A stretch of DNA of 64,000 nt from an uncultured Methanosarcinales archaeon (GTDB taxonomy: Archaea > Nanobdellota > Nanobdellia > Woesearchaeales > CAYZNE01): assembly GCA_964461035.1 (NCBI GenBank), contig CAYWRI010000003.1:3213-67212 (forward strand), written 5' to 3'. Both the position numbers and the translations under genes were made by a program. The notes beneath the pieces were generated by a model. That model saw only the letters and a program-made list of their open reading frames with translations. It did no database searches and was not told the DNA's origin. Below are positions 19,067 through 28,742 of the stretch, in pieces (within the stretch, counting starts at the first letter, position 1; every line of letters begins with the position of its first letter).

Positions 19067-20041
19067 ATGAAGAAAGTAAATCCGAGACATGGAAGTATGC
19101 AGGTTTGGCCAAGGAAAAGAGCCAAAAGAGAACAACCTAGAATTAGATCTAGACCTGTTGTTAAAGAAGCTGTTCCTATTGGGTTTGCAGGATATAAAGT
19201 CGGCATGACTCATGTTCAAGCAATTGATGCATACAAAAATTCTATTACAAAAGGTCAAGAGATTAGTGTTCCTGTAACAATTATTGAATGTCCTCCTTTA
19301 AGAATACATTCTTTAAGATGTTATGTTTCAAAAGGTTACGGGTTTGAAATTGCCAATGAAATCTTTTTCAAAGGCACCAAATATACCTCAAGACGCGTTA
19401 CCTTCAAAGTATCTTCTCCTGATAAACTTGATAATCTAAATCTTTCTGATTATCATCATTTTTCAATAACTCTTTCTACTCAACCTAATTTAACTGGTTT
19501 AAAAAAAACTCCTGAAATATTTGAGTTACCAGTTGGTGGAAGTAATGAGGATGTAATTAACTTTGTTAAGGAAAATAAAGAGAAAGACATTAAAGTTTCT
19601 GAAATATTAAAAGAAGGAGACATTGTTGATTTTCATGCTATCACTAAAGGAAAAGGTTATCAGGGTTCAGTAAAAAGATTTGGTATTGGATTAAAAAGTC
19701 ATAAATCAGAAAAAGGACAAAGAGCTCCAGGTTCAATTTCTGGAGGATGGGTTGCACAAGGTCATATGATGTGGAGAGTTGCTTTTCCCGGTCAAATGGG
19801 GTATCATCAAAGAACTCAATATAATTCACAAGTATTCAAAATGTCAGATAAACCTGAAGAGATTAATCCTTCAGGAGATTTTGTTAGATATGGAAAAGTA
19901 AAATCAGATTATATTTTAGTTGCTGGTTCTGTTCCAGGACCTAAAAAAAGATTTGTTGTATTTACAAAAGCAATTAGGCCAACAAAAATCATAAGACCTG
20001 TTCCAACAATTTCAGAAATAAGTTTAGCTTCACAACAATAA
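19067..20041 (+). CDS. rpl3: Ribosomal protein uL3
   Basis: 'PRHGSMQVWPRKRA', 'GYKVGMTHV', 'TKGKGYQG' are uL3 signatures. First gene of the archaeal L3 operon. Confidence 0.92.
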   Translation: MKKVNPRHGSMQVWPRKRAKREQPRIRSRPVVKEAVPIGFAGYKVGMTHVQAIDAYKNSITKGQEISVPVTIIECPPLRIHSLRCYVSKGYGFEIANEIFFKGTKYTSRRVTFKVSSPDKLDNLNLSDYHHFSITLSTQPNLTGLKKTPEIFELPVGGSNEDVINFVKENKEKDIKVSEILKEGDIVDFHAITKGKGYQGSVKRFGIGLKSHKSEKGQRAPGSISGGWVAQGHMMWRVAFPGQMGYHQRTQYNSQVFKMSDKPEEINPSGDFVRYGKVKSDYILVAGSVPGPKKRFVVFTKAIRPTKIIRPVPTISEISLASQQ

Positions 20042-20091
20042 ACCATAATTACACTAATTGATAATAAACTAACTATATAATAAAAGAAAAA

Positions 20092-21228
20092 ATGAAATTA
20101 AAAATATTTGATGCAAAAGGAAATGAAAAAGGGGATGTGGTAATTCCTGCTCAGTTTTCAGAATTATACCGACCTGATTTAATTAAGAAAGCAGTATTGG
20201 TTATTCAAAATAATAGGAGACAACCTTATGGTGCAGATCAAAGAGCCGGTAAAAAACATAGTGCTTTTGTTTCAAAAAGAAGACATGCTTATAGAGGAAC
20301 TTATGGTATAGGACAATCAAGAACTCCTCGAAAAGTTTTAAGTTCAAGAGGAACCAGATTTAATTGGGTTGGAGCTTTTGCACCGCAAACAGTTGGTGGA
20401 AGAAAAGCTCATTCTCCTAAAGCAGATAAGATTTGGACTCAAAATATTAATAAAAAAGAAAATATGAAAGCTATTCGTTCTGCACTTTCAATGGTTTTCA
20501 ATCTTGAATTAGTTAAACAGAGAAATACTAATGTTCCTAAAAATTATCCTTTTATTATTGCAGATGATTTTAATGCAATTGCAAAAACATCTGATCTTAA
20601 AGAATCTCTTAACCAAGTAGGATTTAAAGAAGAATTAATGAGAATTGCTATTCGTAAAATTCGTTCAGGGATTGGTAAATTAAGAGGAAGAAAATATCAA
20701 TCAAAAAGTTCAATATTGTTTGTTGTTGCAGATGATTGTAAATTGTTAAATGCTGTATCAAACTTAAATGGTGTTGATATTGTTAATGTTCATAATTTAA
20801 ATGCAGAGCTTTTAGCTCCTGGAACTCATGCGGGAAGAATTGCATTATTCACAGAATCTGCAATTAAATTAATTGATAAGAAAAAACTTTACACTTTAGA
20901 ATCACTTCCTAAAATTGATTCAGATAATGAACAAGGTAAAGAAGATAAAAAAGTTAAGAAGAAGAAACCCGAAGTTGATAAAAGAAAATTGAGAAGAGAA
21001 AAAAGGAAAGAAAAACTTGCTAAAAATAAAGACAAACCAAAACTTTCAAAATCTAAAAAAACAAAAGTTAAAGAACCAAAAAAAGTTAAGATTAAACCTA
21101 CCAATAATAAAACTAATTCAAAAGAATCTACTGACTCTGTTAAACCTTCAAAAACAGAAAAAGAATCAATAAATAAAATTCAAAAAGGCAAAGGTAAAAA
21201 TGATAATAAAACACCCGATATCAACTGA
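20092..21228 (+). CDS. rpl4: Ribosomal protein uL4 with a roughly 130-aa Lys-rich C-terminal extension
   Basis: 'RPDLIKKAVLV ... RQPYGADQRAGKKHSA ... RRHAYRGTYGIGQSRTPR' matches uL4. The tail is KEK-rich ('KKVKKKKPEVDKRKLRREKRKEK ...'). Confidence 0.9.
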   Translation: MKLKIFDAKGNEKGDVVIPAQFSELYRPDLIKKAVLVIQNNRRQPYGADQRAGKKHSAFVSKRRHAYRGTYGIGQSRTPRKVLSSRGTRFNWVGAFAPQTVGGRKAHSPKADKIWTQNINKKENMKAIRSALSMVFNLELVKQRNTNVPKNYPFIIADDFNAIAKTSDLKESLNQVGFKEELMRIAIRKIRSGIGKLRGRKYQSKSSILFVVADDCKLLNAVSNLNGVDIVNVHNLNAELLAPGTHAGRIALFTESAIKLIDKKKLYTLESLPKIDSDNEQGKEDKKVKKKKPEVDKRKLRREKRKEKLAKNKDKPKLSKSKKTKVKEPKKVKIKPTNNKTNSKESTDSVKPSKTEKESINKIQKGKGKNDNKTPDIN

Positions 21229-21448
21229 AAAAGCGATAAGATTGTTAAATGAAGAGAATAAATTAATCTTTATAGTGGATCGGAAATCAAAGAAAAATGA
21301 AATTGCTATTGAGCTAGAGAAAATGTTTGATGCAAAAGTTGAACAAATAAGAACTCTTATCGATAGAAAAGGAAATAAAAAAGCATATGTTCGTTTTACA
21401 GCAGAAACTCCTGCTTTAGACATAGCTACAAAATTAGGATTATTATAA
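21200..21448 (+). CDS. rpl23: Ribosomal protein uL23
   Basis: 'IIKHPISTEKAIRLL ... IFIVDRKSKKNEI' matches uL23. Overlaps the rpl4 3' end by 29 nt. Confidence 0.88.
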   Translation: MIIKHPISTEKAIRLLNEENKLIFIVDRKSKKNEIAIELEKMFDAKVEQIRTLIDRKGNKKAYVRFTAETPALDIATKLGLL

Positions 21449-21457
21449 GGTGTTAAA

Positions 21458-22165
21458 TTGGGTAAAAGAATAATTCAACAAGCAAGAGGAAAAGGAGGTC
21501 CAAGATATGTTGCACACTCCTTTAGACATAAAGGTCCTGCTAAAGTGTTGAATAAAGAAACTGAAGGAATAGTTGTTGACATAATTAGTTGTCCAGGTCA
21601 TTCAGCTCCACTTGCAGTATTAAAATATCCTGAATTAAATTCATATGGTTTGATAATTGCTCCGGAAGGATTGCAAGTTAATCAAATAATAAAAATAAGT
21701 AAAACTGCTGAAGTAAGTATTGGTAATACATTACCCTTGAACTTGATTCCTGAAGGCGTAGTTATTTATAATATTGAAGGTGTTCCTGGTGATGGCGGTC
21801 GTTTTGTTAGAGCTTCGGGTGTTGGTGCAAGAATAATCACAAAAACTCCAACAAAAATTGTTATTGAATTACCTTCAAAAAAGAAAAAAGAATTTCATCC
21901 TAATTGCAGAGCTACAATTGGTAATGTTGCGGGTTCAGGAAGAGTTGAAAAACCTTTTTTCAAAGCAGGAAGAAAGTTTTATGCTATGCGTGCTAAAAAT
22001 AAGCTTTGGCCTATAGTTTCAGGTGGAGCAATGAATGCAGTTGATCACCCATTTGGTAATAAAAGGTCTAGTAGAAAAGCAAAAGCAAAACCTGTACCTA
22101 AAAATGCACCGCCTGGAAGAAAAGTTGGTATGTTAAGACCAAAACATACTGGAAGAAATAAGTAG
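21458..22165 (+). CDS. rpl2: Ribosomal protein uL2 (TTG start preceded by an AGGTG SD)
   Basis: 'GKRIIQQARGKGG', 'GGRFVRASG', 'HPFGNK', 'RSSRKAK' match uL2. 'taaggtg' lies 6 nt upstream of the TTG at 21458. Confidence 0.92.
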   Translation: MGKRIIQQARGKGGPRYVAHSFRHKGPAKVLNKETEGIVVDIISCPGHSAPLAVLKYPELNSYGLIIAPEGLQVNQIIKISKTAEVSIGNTLPLNLIPEGVVIYNIEGVPGDGGRFVRASGVGARIITKTPTKIVIELPSKKKKEFHPNCRATIGNVAGSGRVEKPFFKAGRKFYAMRAKNKLWPIVSGGAMNAVDHPFGNKRSSRKAKAKPVPKNAPPGRKVGMLRPKHTGRNK

Positions 22166-22188
22166 TTCAATAATAAAGGTTGTAAAAG

Positions 22189-22560
22189 ATGACTAAAAAA
22201 ATATTCAATTATCGTGGAAAAACAATGGAAGAACTTAAAGAGATGTCTTTAAATCAGCTTGCAGAAGTTTTTACTTCCAGAGTTAGGAGAAAAATAAAAA
22301 GAGGTTTTTCAGAACCCAAAAAAATATTCCTAAAAAAAGTAGACTCAAAAAATGTTATTAAAACTCATCATAGAACTGTTCCAATTCTTCCCAAAATGAT
22401 TGGAAAAACAATTAAAGTTTATAATGGTAAATCATTTATAGAAATTATTATAATTCCTGAGATGGTTGGTCATGTACTTGGCGAATTCGCATTTTCAAGA
22501 AGACAGGCAGGACATTCCAAAGCAGGAGTCGGCGATAAAAAAACAAAAAATAAAAGATAA
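22189..22560 (+). CDS. rps19: Ribosomal protein uS19
   Basis: 'RGKTMEELKEMSLNQLAEVFTSRVRRKIKRG ... HHRTVPILPKMIGKTIKVYNGKSF' matches uS19. Confidence 0.92.
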   Translation: MTKKIFNYRGKTMEELKEMSLNQLAEVFTSRVRRKIKRGFSEPKKIFLKKVDSKNVIKTHHRTVPILPKMIGKTIKVYNGKSFIEIIIIPEMVGHVLGEFAFSRRQAGHSKAGVGDKKTKNKR

Positions 22561-22571
22561 TTAACGATACT

Positions 22572-23306
22572 ATGGCAGCATACAATTATTCAATAAAAGA
22601 ACTGAAAGAGAACATGGCAAGAGCTGTTGCTAGAGACGCAGGTGTTTCTACAAAGTATGCTATTGAAACTGTTCATTTTTTAAAAAATAGAACAACTGCT
22701 CAAGCAAAAGCATATTTAGACAAAGTTATTGCTAAAAAAGCAGCAATTCCTTTCAGAAGATTTACTAATGGTGTAGGACATAGAAAAGGACCTAATATGG
22801 CTGCAGGAAGATATCCTAGAAAATTATCTTTAGAACTTATAAGACTAATAAAAAACGTAGAAGCTAATGCTTCAATGAAAGGTCTTGGTGATAACTTAAA
22901 AATCATATATTTTATTGCAAACAAAGCAGCAGTTCCTATGAGATATGGTCGACATCCTAGACGAGAAACAAAGAGAACTCACATTGAAATAATTGTTGAA
23001 GAAGTTGAAGAGAAAAGAGTTAAATCTTCCAAAAAGGCAGATTCTAAATCTAAAAAACCAACTTCGGCAGTTGAGCAAGATAAAAAAAATGTTAAAAAAA
23101 TAACTCCTAATAAATCTGATAAAGTTATAGAAACATCAGAAAAGAATATTAATGTTGATACAATTACTAAAGATAGTAAATCAAATAATTCAAAAGAAGT
23201 TGAAAATAAATTAAAATCAGAAGAAACAAAACCTTTAGAAGAACCTGAAGATTCTGATAATGCAAAAATGAAATCAACTCCTAAAGAGGAATCAAAAAAT
23301 GATTGA
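22572..23306 (+). CDS. rpl22: Ribosomal protein uL22 with a Lys/Glu-rich C-terminal extension
   Basis: 'ARAVARDAGVSTKYAIETVHFLKNRTTAQAKAYLDKVIAKKAAIPF' matches archaeal uL22. The last roughly 100 aa are K/E/S-rich. Confidence 0.88.
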   Translation: MAAYNYSIKELKENMARAVARDAGVSTKYAIETVHFLKNRTTAQAKAYLDKVIAKKAAIPFRRFTNGVGHRKGPNMAAGRYPRKLSLELIRLIKNVEANASMKGLGDNLKIIYFIANKAAVPMRYGRHPRRETKRTHIEIIVEEVEEKRVKSSKKADSKSKKPTSAVEQDKKNVKKITPNKSDKVIETSEKNINVDTITKDSKSNNSKEVENKLKSEETKPLEEPEDSDNAKMKSTPKEESKND

Positions 23307-24249
23307 GAGAAAATTTATTGCTCAAAACCTGAAAGAGTATGCAATAAAACAATTCATTGCAACCAAATTAAGTAGAGTTGGATTGAGTGATATAAAACTT
23401 AAAAGAACCCCCTTAGGAGATAAAATAGTAATAAGTACACTTAGACCGGGATTAGTTGTCGGTAGAGCAGGCTCAACCATAAATATGCTTACAGAAAAAT
23501 TAAAAGAAGAATTCAAACTTAATAATCCTCAAATAGAACTTGAAGAAGTTAAAGATCCTTATAAAGATGCAGATATTGTTGTAGAAACAATAGTAAATTC
23601 ACTAGAAAGATTTGGCTCTAAAAGATTTAAAGGTGTAGGTCACAAAGTAATTAGTGCTGTAATTAAATCAGGAGCATTAGGTGTTGAAATTTTAATAAGT
23701 GGTAAAGTTCCTAGTTCAAGAGCAAAAACTTGGAGATTTTATCAAGGTTATTTAAAAAAATGTGGTGACATATCCGTTAGTGGTGTAAATAAGGCACAGG
23801 GATTTGCTCGATTAAAGTCAGGTGTTGTAGGAGTTCAAGTAAGTATATTACCTGCAGATGTTGTTTTGCCTGATTCCATAAAAATTAAAGATGCTATTAC
23901 TGAAGTTGTTGAAGAAGTAGCTGAAACTAAATTAAGTGATGCTCAAAAAGCAATACTTACTAAATTAGAATCAGAGAATAAGATTGTGGATAAAAAAGAT
24001 AAATCATCTTCAAAATCAAAATCAAAATCTAAACCTAAGAAAAAAAAGACTCAAGATATTTCAGAAAAAAAATCTAAACCTAAGAAAAAATCTACAGACT
24101 CTAAAAACTCAATCGAAGAAAATTCAAATAAAAATAAAAAGGTTAATACAGATAAAGAAGTCAAAGAAGATAATACTCCAAAAAATGATACAAAAGAGAT
24201 TGAAGAAAAAAATAAAATTAAAACTGAAGATGTTGACAAAAAGGAGTAA
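23299..24249 (+). CDS. rps3: Ribosomal protein uS3 (KH domain) with a Lys-rich C-terminal extension
   Basis: 'LGDKIVISTLRPGLVVGRAGSTINMLTEKLKEEF' is the KH/uS3 core. The tail is 'KKDKSSSKSKSKSKPKKKK ...'. Confidence 0.9.
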   Translation: MIERKFIAQNLKEYAIKQFIATKLSRVGLSDIKLKRTPLGDKIVISTLRPGLVVGRAGSTINMLTEKLKEEFKLNNPQIELEEVKDPYKDADIVVETIVNSLERFGSKRFKGVGHKVISAVIKSGALGVEILISGKVPSSRAKTWRFYQGYLKKCGDISVSGVNKAQGFARLKSGVVGVQVSILPADVVLPDSIKIKDAITEVVEEVAETKLSDAQKAILTKLESENKIVDKKDKSSSKSKSKSKPKKKKTQDISEKKSKPKKKSTDSKNSIEENSNKNKKVNTDKEVKEDNTPKNDTKEIEEKNKIKTEDVDKKE

Positions 24250-24252
24250 TAA

Positions 24253-24471
24253 TTGATTAAAATGAAATATGATAAAATAAAAGCGATGTCAGAAGAAGAA
24301 AAAAATAATCTTATGACAGAACTAAAAATGAAACTACTAAAGCTTAATTTACAAGTGTCAACAGGAACAACTTTAAAGAAACCTAAAGAAATAAGAGAGA
24401 TAAAGAAAGATATTGCGCGTATATTAACAACCTTCAATGAACAAAAAGGAGGCTTGAATACAAAAACTTAA
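24253..24471 (+). CDS. rpl29: Ribosomal protein uL29
   Basis: 72 aa. 'KIKAMSEEEKNNLMTELKMKLLKLNLQ' is the uL29 coiled-coil pattern, at the conserved position after rps3. Confidence 0.85.
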   Translation: MIKMKYDKIKAMSEEEKNNLMTELKMKLLKLNLQVSTGTTLKKPKEIREIKKDIARILTTFNEQKGGLNTKT

Positions 24472-24478
24472 AAACAAA

Positions 24479-24793
24479 ATGGCGGAAATATGCCCAACCT
24501 GTGGCTTACCTAAAGAATTATGTGTTTGCGAAGCTATCGCAAAAGAGAGTCAATCCATAGTTGTGAGTGTTGTCAAAAAGAAGTTTGGTAAAAAACACAC
24601 TCTTGTTGAAGGATTAAGTGTTGCGGATTTAAATCTTAAGGATTTAACCAAAGACCTAAAAGGAAAATTTGCTTGTGGAGGCACAGTGAAAAAAGGAGTT
24701 ATTGACCTTCAGGGAAATCATTCCAAGCAAATAAAAGTTGTCCTTATCGAAATGGGGTTTAACGCAGACTCCATAAACATAATAAGAAAGTAA
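24479..24793 (+). CDS. sui1: Translation initiation factor SUI1 (aSUI1/eIF1 homologue)
   Basis: 'MAEICPTCGLPKELCVCEAIAKE ... KFGKKHTLVEGL ... ACGGTVKKGVIDLQGNH' matches archaeal aSUI1. Conserved position between rpl29 and the RNase P protein. Confidence 0.88.
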   Translation: MAEICPTCGLPKELCVCEAIAKESQSIVVSVVKKKFGKKHTLVEGLSVADLNLKDLTKDLKGKFACGGTVKKGVIDLQGNHSKQIKVVLIEMGFNADSINIIRK

Positions 24794-24806
24794 GTAAACA
24801 CTCAAA

Positions 24807-25049
24807 ATGTATAACGAGTTCATCGGTTTTACCCTTGAAGTTGCTGATTCAAAAAACAGTTCACTCATAGGGAAAAAAGGTAAAATAATAGATGAGACCA
24901 AGTACCTCATAATAATTGAGCAAGCTAATGACAATATTGTTAAGATTTTGAAATCAGGAACAACATTTATTATAAATGAAAAAAAAGTTAATGGTGACAA
25001 AATAATTAAGCGACCTGAAGATCGCATCAAACTTATTAAAAAATATTAG
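24807..25049 (+). CDS. rnp1: RNase P protein component 1 (Rpp29/Pop4 homologue)
   Basis: 'SLIGKKGKIIDETKYLIIIEQANDNIVKILKSGTTFII' fits the Rpp29 Sm-like core. Conserved location upstream of rps17. Confidence 0.7.
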   Translation: MYNEFIGFTLEVADSKNSSLIGKKGKIIDETKYLIIIEQANDNIVKILKSGTTFIINEKKVNGDKIIKRPEDRIKLIKKY

Positions 25050-25059
25050 GGTAAATAAT

Positions 25060-25407
25060 ATGAAAAATTCAATTGGAATTCAAGTGAAAAATAAACCAAA
25101 AACAAAATGTGATGATGTTAATTGTCCATTTCATGGAACTGTAAGTTTACATGGTAGAATATTCACTGGAAAAGTTACAAGTGATAAAATGCATAAAACT
25201 GTTACTGTTTTTTGGGAAAGAAGAGTGTTTGTTCCAAAATATGAAAGATATGACCGAAAATTTTCAAAAATAAAAGCACATAATCCTGAATGTATTAATG
25301 CTAAAACAGGAGATATAGTTAGAATTGCTGAAACAAAACCTTTGTCTAAAACAAAGAATTTTGTTGTAATAGAAATTTTAAATAGTAATGAGGCGACAAA
25401 ACAATGA
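25060..25407 (+). CDS. rps17: Ribosomal protein uS17
   Basis: 'CPFHGTVSLHGRIFTGKVTSDKMHKTVTV ... YERYDRK' matches uS17. Confidence 0.9.
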   Translation: MKNSIGIQVKNKPKTKCDDVNCPFHGTVSLHGRIFTGKVTSDKMHKTVTVFWERRVFVPKYERYDRKFSKIKAHNPECINAKTGDIVRIAETKPLSKTKNFVVIEILNSNEATKQ

Positions 25408-25805
25408 AAGCTGTAGCTGCACATATAACCCGTGCATTGAATGTTGGTTCACAATTACAAACTTGTGATAATTCAGGTGCTAAATCACTTAAAATAACAG
25501 GTGTAAAAAGATCCAAAACTGTTAAAGGAAGACTTCCTGCAGCAGGAGTTGGAATGATGGTAACTGCAGCTGTTAAAAAAGGTAAACCTGATATGAGAAA
25601 AAAAGTTGTCTTTGCAGTTATTGTAAGACAAAGACGAGAATATAGACGACCTAATGGTCTTAGAGTTAAATTTGAAAATAATGCGGCAGTAGTATGTAAA
25701 GATGAAAAAGGCAATCCTAAAGGAACAATATTCAAAGGACCAATTGCTAAAGAAGCTTGTACTAAATGGCCAGGAATAGCAAAAGTAGCAAGCATTATTG
25801 TTTAA
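25404..25805 (+). CDS. rpl14: Ribosomal protein uL14
   Basis: 'LQTCDNSGAKSLKITGV' matches uL14. 4-nt overlap with rps17. Confidence 0.92.
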   Translation: MKAVAAHITRALNVGSQLQTCDNSGAKSLKITGVKRSKTVKGRLPAAGVGMMVTAAVKKGKPDMRKKVVFAVIVRQRREYRRPNGLRVKFENNAAVVCKDEKGNPKGTIFKGPIAKEACTKWPGIAKVASIIV

Positions 25806-25820
25806 AATATAGGTGTTCAA

Positions 25821-26285
25821 ATGAAAACAAAATTTTCAACTTCATGGAATTCAAGCAAGCAACCTCGAAAGCAGAGAAAGTATAGATATAATGCTCCGCT
25901 TCATATTAGAGGGAAGTTTCTTGCAGCACATTTATCTCCCGAGTTAAGAAAAAAATATGCTCTTAGATCATTGAGAGTTAGAAAAGGAGATAAAGTTAAA
26001 GTGATGAGAGGCGCTTACAAGGGAAGAGAAGAAAAAGTTGAAATAGTTAATGTTAAACGTGAAAAAGTTTATTTGGAAAAGTTAACTTTGGTTCGTGTTG
26101 ATGGTAATACTGCAAAAATTCCTTTAAATGCATCAAATTTAATGATCATAGAACTTGAGCTTTCAGATAAGTTAAGAAAAAAGAAATTAGAATCATCTAA
26201 TTCAACAACTCCTAAATTAAAATTGGAAAAATCAAAAGAGATAAAAAAAGAATCAATTAAAAAGAAACAAAATGAGGAATTATAA
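25821..26285 (+). CDS. rpl24: Ribosomal protein uL24 (KOW) with a C-terminal Lys-rich extension
   Basis: 'SKQPRKQRKYRYNAPLHIR ... RKGDKVKVMRGAYKGREEKVEIVN' matches archaeal uL24. Confidence 0.88.
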   Translation: MKTKFSTSWNSSKQPRKQRKYRYNAPLHIRGKFLAAHLSPELRKKYALRSLRVRKGDKVKVMRGAYKGREEKVEIVNVKREKVYLEKLTLVRVDGNTAKIPLNASNLMIIELELSDKLRKKKLESSNSTTPKLKLEKSKEIKKESIKKKQNEEL

Positions 26286-26983
26286 TGACTAAATCACACC
26301 TTAAAAGATTATTTGCACCAAAAACTTGGAAGTTGAATAGAAAAACGATTACATTTATTCTTCGACCTAATCCGGGCGCTCATAAGATGCAACTTGCAGA
26401 AACTTTAAACATGTTTATTATTGAATCTGGAAAAGCTTCAAATAAAAAAGAAGTAAATTATATTTTGAATAATCATCAGGTTATTGTCGATGGAAAACAA
26501 AGAAAAGATAGAGCATTCAGTGTTGGTCTTTTTGATTTAATTTCCTATCCAGAACTTAATGAAACTTATACTTTAGTAATGAATAAATTAGGTAAACTTC
26601 AAATTGTAAAAGTTGATTCTGCTTTGAATTCAAGAATAGTATCAATTAAATCAAAGAAAAAAATTCGTGGTAATAAACTTCAAGTTTTTACGAAATGTGG
26701 AAGAACTTTACTTACTGAAGATAAATTTGATAAAGATTATTCGGTTGGTGATAGCTTAAGAATAGAACTTCCAACTCAAAAAGTATTAGCTCATGTTAAA
26801 TTTGAAAAAGGTGCTGAAGTTTTTACTTTTGCAGGTTCACATAAAGGAATAAGTGCAGTTATTCAAAAAATAGAAAACACTAGAATATTTTGTAAATTCA
26901 AAGAAATTGAATTTGAAACAAATAATTATAGCATTATAGTTATAGATGACAAAATGAAAAAATTATTACAAACAATTGATTAA
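26285..26983 (+). CDS. rps4e: Ribosomal protein eS4 (S4e)
   Basis: 'MTKSHLKRLFAPKTWKLNRKT' matches eS4. Stop and start share 1 nt (TAATG). Confidence 0.9.
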   Translation: MTKSHLKRLFAPKTWKLNRKTITFILRPNPGAHKMQLAETLNMFIIESGKASNKKEVNYILNNHQVIVDGKQRKDRAFSVGLFDLISYPELNETYTLVMNKLGKLQIVKVDSALNSRIVSIKSKKKIRGNKLQVFTKCGRTLLTEDKFDKDYSVGDSLRIELPTQKVLAHVKFEKGAEVFTFAGSHKGISAVIQKIENTRIFCKFKEIEFETNNYSIIVIDDKMKKLLQTID

Positions 26984-26985
26984 AA

Positions 26986-27525
26986 ATGGTTCATAATATG
27001 AAAACAATAACTGTGGGAAAATTAACTTTGAACATAGGTGCAGGTAAAGAACAGAAAAATCTTGATAAAGCAATCAAAGTAATTCAAGATATAACTAAAA
27101 TGACTCCTGTTAAAACAACATCCACTAAAAGAATTGCGGGATGGGGTATAAGACTTGGTCTTCCTATTGGTTGTAAATTAACTTTAAGAAAAACTCAAAT
27201 TCCAGAATTACTTAAGAGATTACTTGTCTCAAAAGATAATGTACTTTCAGCTAAATGCTTTGATAACAATGGAAATATTTCATTTGGAATTCCCGAATAT
27301 ATTGATATTCCTGGAACAAATTATGATCCTAAAATTGGAATAATGGGTTTACAAGCAAGTATCACGCTTGTAAGACCTGGGTTTAGAATAAAATTAAGAA
27401 AACTCAATAAAACAAAAATTGGGAAAACTCACAGAATTAGTAAAAAAGATGCTATTGACTTCATGAAACTTAATTATAATGTTAAGATAAAAGAAGAAGT
27501 AGAAGCTGAAGAGGATGATGATTAA
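26986..27525 (+). CDS. rpl5: Ribosomal protein uL5
   Basis: 'KLTLNIGAGKEQKNLDKAIKVIQDITKMTPVKTTSTKRIAGWGIR' matches uL5. Confidence 0.9.
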   Translation: MVHNMKTITVGKLTLNIGAGKEQKNLDKAIKVIQDITKMTPVKTTSTKRIAGWGIRLGLPIGCKLTLRKTQIPELLKRLLVSKDNVLSAKCFDNNGNISFGIPEYIDIPGTNYDPKIGIMGLQASITLVRPGFRIKLRKLNKTKIGKTHRISKKDAIDFMKLNYNVKIKEEVEAEEDDD

Positions 27526-27527
27526 AA

Positions 27528-27758
27528 ATGACAACTTCAGATCCAAAAAAAATGCTTAAGCAACTTGAAGGAAAACCGGGTAAAAAAATAAAATACCTTA
27601 AGCATAATTTACCTAGAGAAAGAAAATTTGGAGAATCAGTTCATAAATGTAGTTTATGTGGAAGAACACATGCTCACATAAGTAAATATGGCTTGAATCT
27701 TTGTAGACAATGCTTTAGGCTTAAAGCAACAAAATTAGGTTTTAAAAAATATAGTTAA
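27528..27758 (+). CDS. rps14: Ribosomal protein uS14 (zinc-binding type)
   Basis: 'CSLCGRTHAHISKYGLNLCRQCFR' is the uS14 CxxC...CxxC motif. Confidence 0.9.
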   Translation: MTTSDPKKMLKQLEGKPGKKIKYLKHNLPRERKFGESVHKCSLCGRTHAHISKYGLNLCRQCFRLKATKLGFKKYS

Positions 27759-27779
27759 GTCATGATTAGGTGTTAAAAA

Positions 27780-28172
27780 ATGAGTTTGAATGATCCGTTG
27801 GCAAATGTGCTGTCACATATAAAAAACTATGAAAATATTGGAAAGACCGAACTAGCGACAGCTAATAATTCCAAAGTTATAAGAAATATATTAAAAATAC
27901 TTCAAACAGAAGGATATATTGGAGACTTTGAAGTTATTGATGATGGGCGAGGAGGAGTTATTAAATTAAATCTTCTTGGTCGTATTAACAAAATTGGTGT
28001 TGTAAAACCTCGGTTTGCTATTAAAAAAACAGACTTTGAAAAGTTTGAAAAAAGATTTTTACCCGCAAGAGGATTTGGTATAATTATAGTATCAACTTCA
28101 ATGGGTATAATGACAAATGTTGCTGCAAAAAAATTAGGTATAGGTGGCAAATTACTTTGTTACTGCTATTAA
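27780..28172 (+). CDS. rps8: Ribosomal protein uS8
   Basis: 'LNDPLANVLSHIKNYENIGK ... KILQTEGYIGDFEVIDDGRGG' matches uS8. Confidence 0.9.
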   Translation: MSLNDPLANVLSHIKNYENIGKTELATANNSKVIRNILKILQTEGYIGDFEVIDDGRGGVIKLNLLGRINKIGVVKPRFAIKKTDFEKFEKRFLPARGFGIIIVSTSMGIMTNVAAKKLGIGGKLLCYCY

Positions 28173-28179
28173 TGTATGA

Positions 28180-28731
28180 ATGAAAATGGTTATAAGATAT
28201 TTTGAAAGAAAAATAGAAATTCCTGAAGGATGTAGTGTTGTAATAGATAATGCACTTATAAAAATTACAAGCCCAAAAGGAAATGTACAGAAAGATATGA
28301 AAAATAAATTAGTAAAATCTGAAGTTACTAAAGATTCTGTTTTACTTTATGCTGAAAAAAATACAAAAACTTTCAAAAAATTAGTTTTCACTTTTTCATC
28401 ACACTTAAAGAATATGTTAACTGGTCTTGTTGAAGGTCATAAATATGTGTTAAAAATATGCTCAGGACATTTTCCAATGTCTGTCGCAGTAAAAGGAAAT
28501 AAGTTTGAAGTGAAGAATTTTATAGGGGAAAATAAACCTCGTATATTAAAACTTCATGAAGGTGTTAGTGTTAAAATGAATGGTACTGAAATTGTTGTTG
28601 AAAGTATAGATAAAGAATTGGCAGGTCAGACTGCTGCAAGTATCGAACAGTTAACCAGAAGACCTGGATTTGATCGTAGGATATTCCAAGATGGAATATA
28701 TATAACAGAAAAAGATGGTAAGAAAATTTAA
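28180..28731 (+). CDS. rpl6: Ribosomal protein uL6
   Basis: Two-domain L6 pattern ('IEIPEGCSVVIDNALIKITSPKGNVQ', 'KYVLKICSGHFPMSVAVKGNKFEVKNFIGE'), at the conserved position. Confidence 0.85.
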   Translation: MKMVIRYFERKIEIPEGCSVVIDNALIKITSPKGNVQKDMKNKLVKSEVTKDSVLLYAEKNTKTFKKLVFTFSSHLKNMLTGLVEGHKYVLKICSGHFPMSVAVKGNKFEVKNFIGENKPRILKLHEGVSVKMNGTEIVVESIDKELAGQTAASIEQLTRRPGFDRRIFQDGIYITEKDGKKI

Positions 28732-28742
28732 TTATAGTTAAA

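Noticed and set aside
20889-25820. Numerous 60-150-aa antisense or alternate-frame ORFs in the track (e.g. 20889..21104-, 21166..21423-, 22700..22924-, 23984..24256+, 24051..24437-, 24656..25030-, 25131..25424-, 25346..25795-, 25485..25820-).
   Set aside because: They lie inside well-supported ribosomal-protein genes. They arise from low-complexity Lys-codon (AAA/AAG) runs, which read as Phe/Leu-rich on the opposite strand, and show no motifs.
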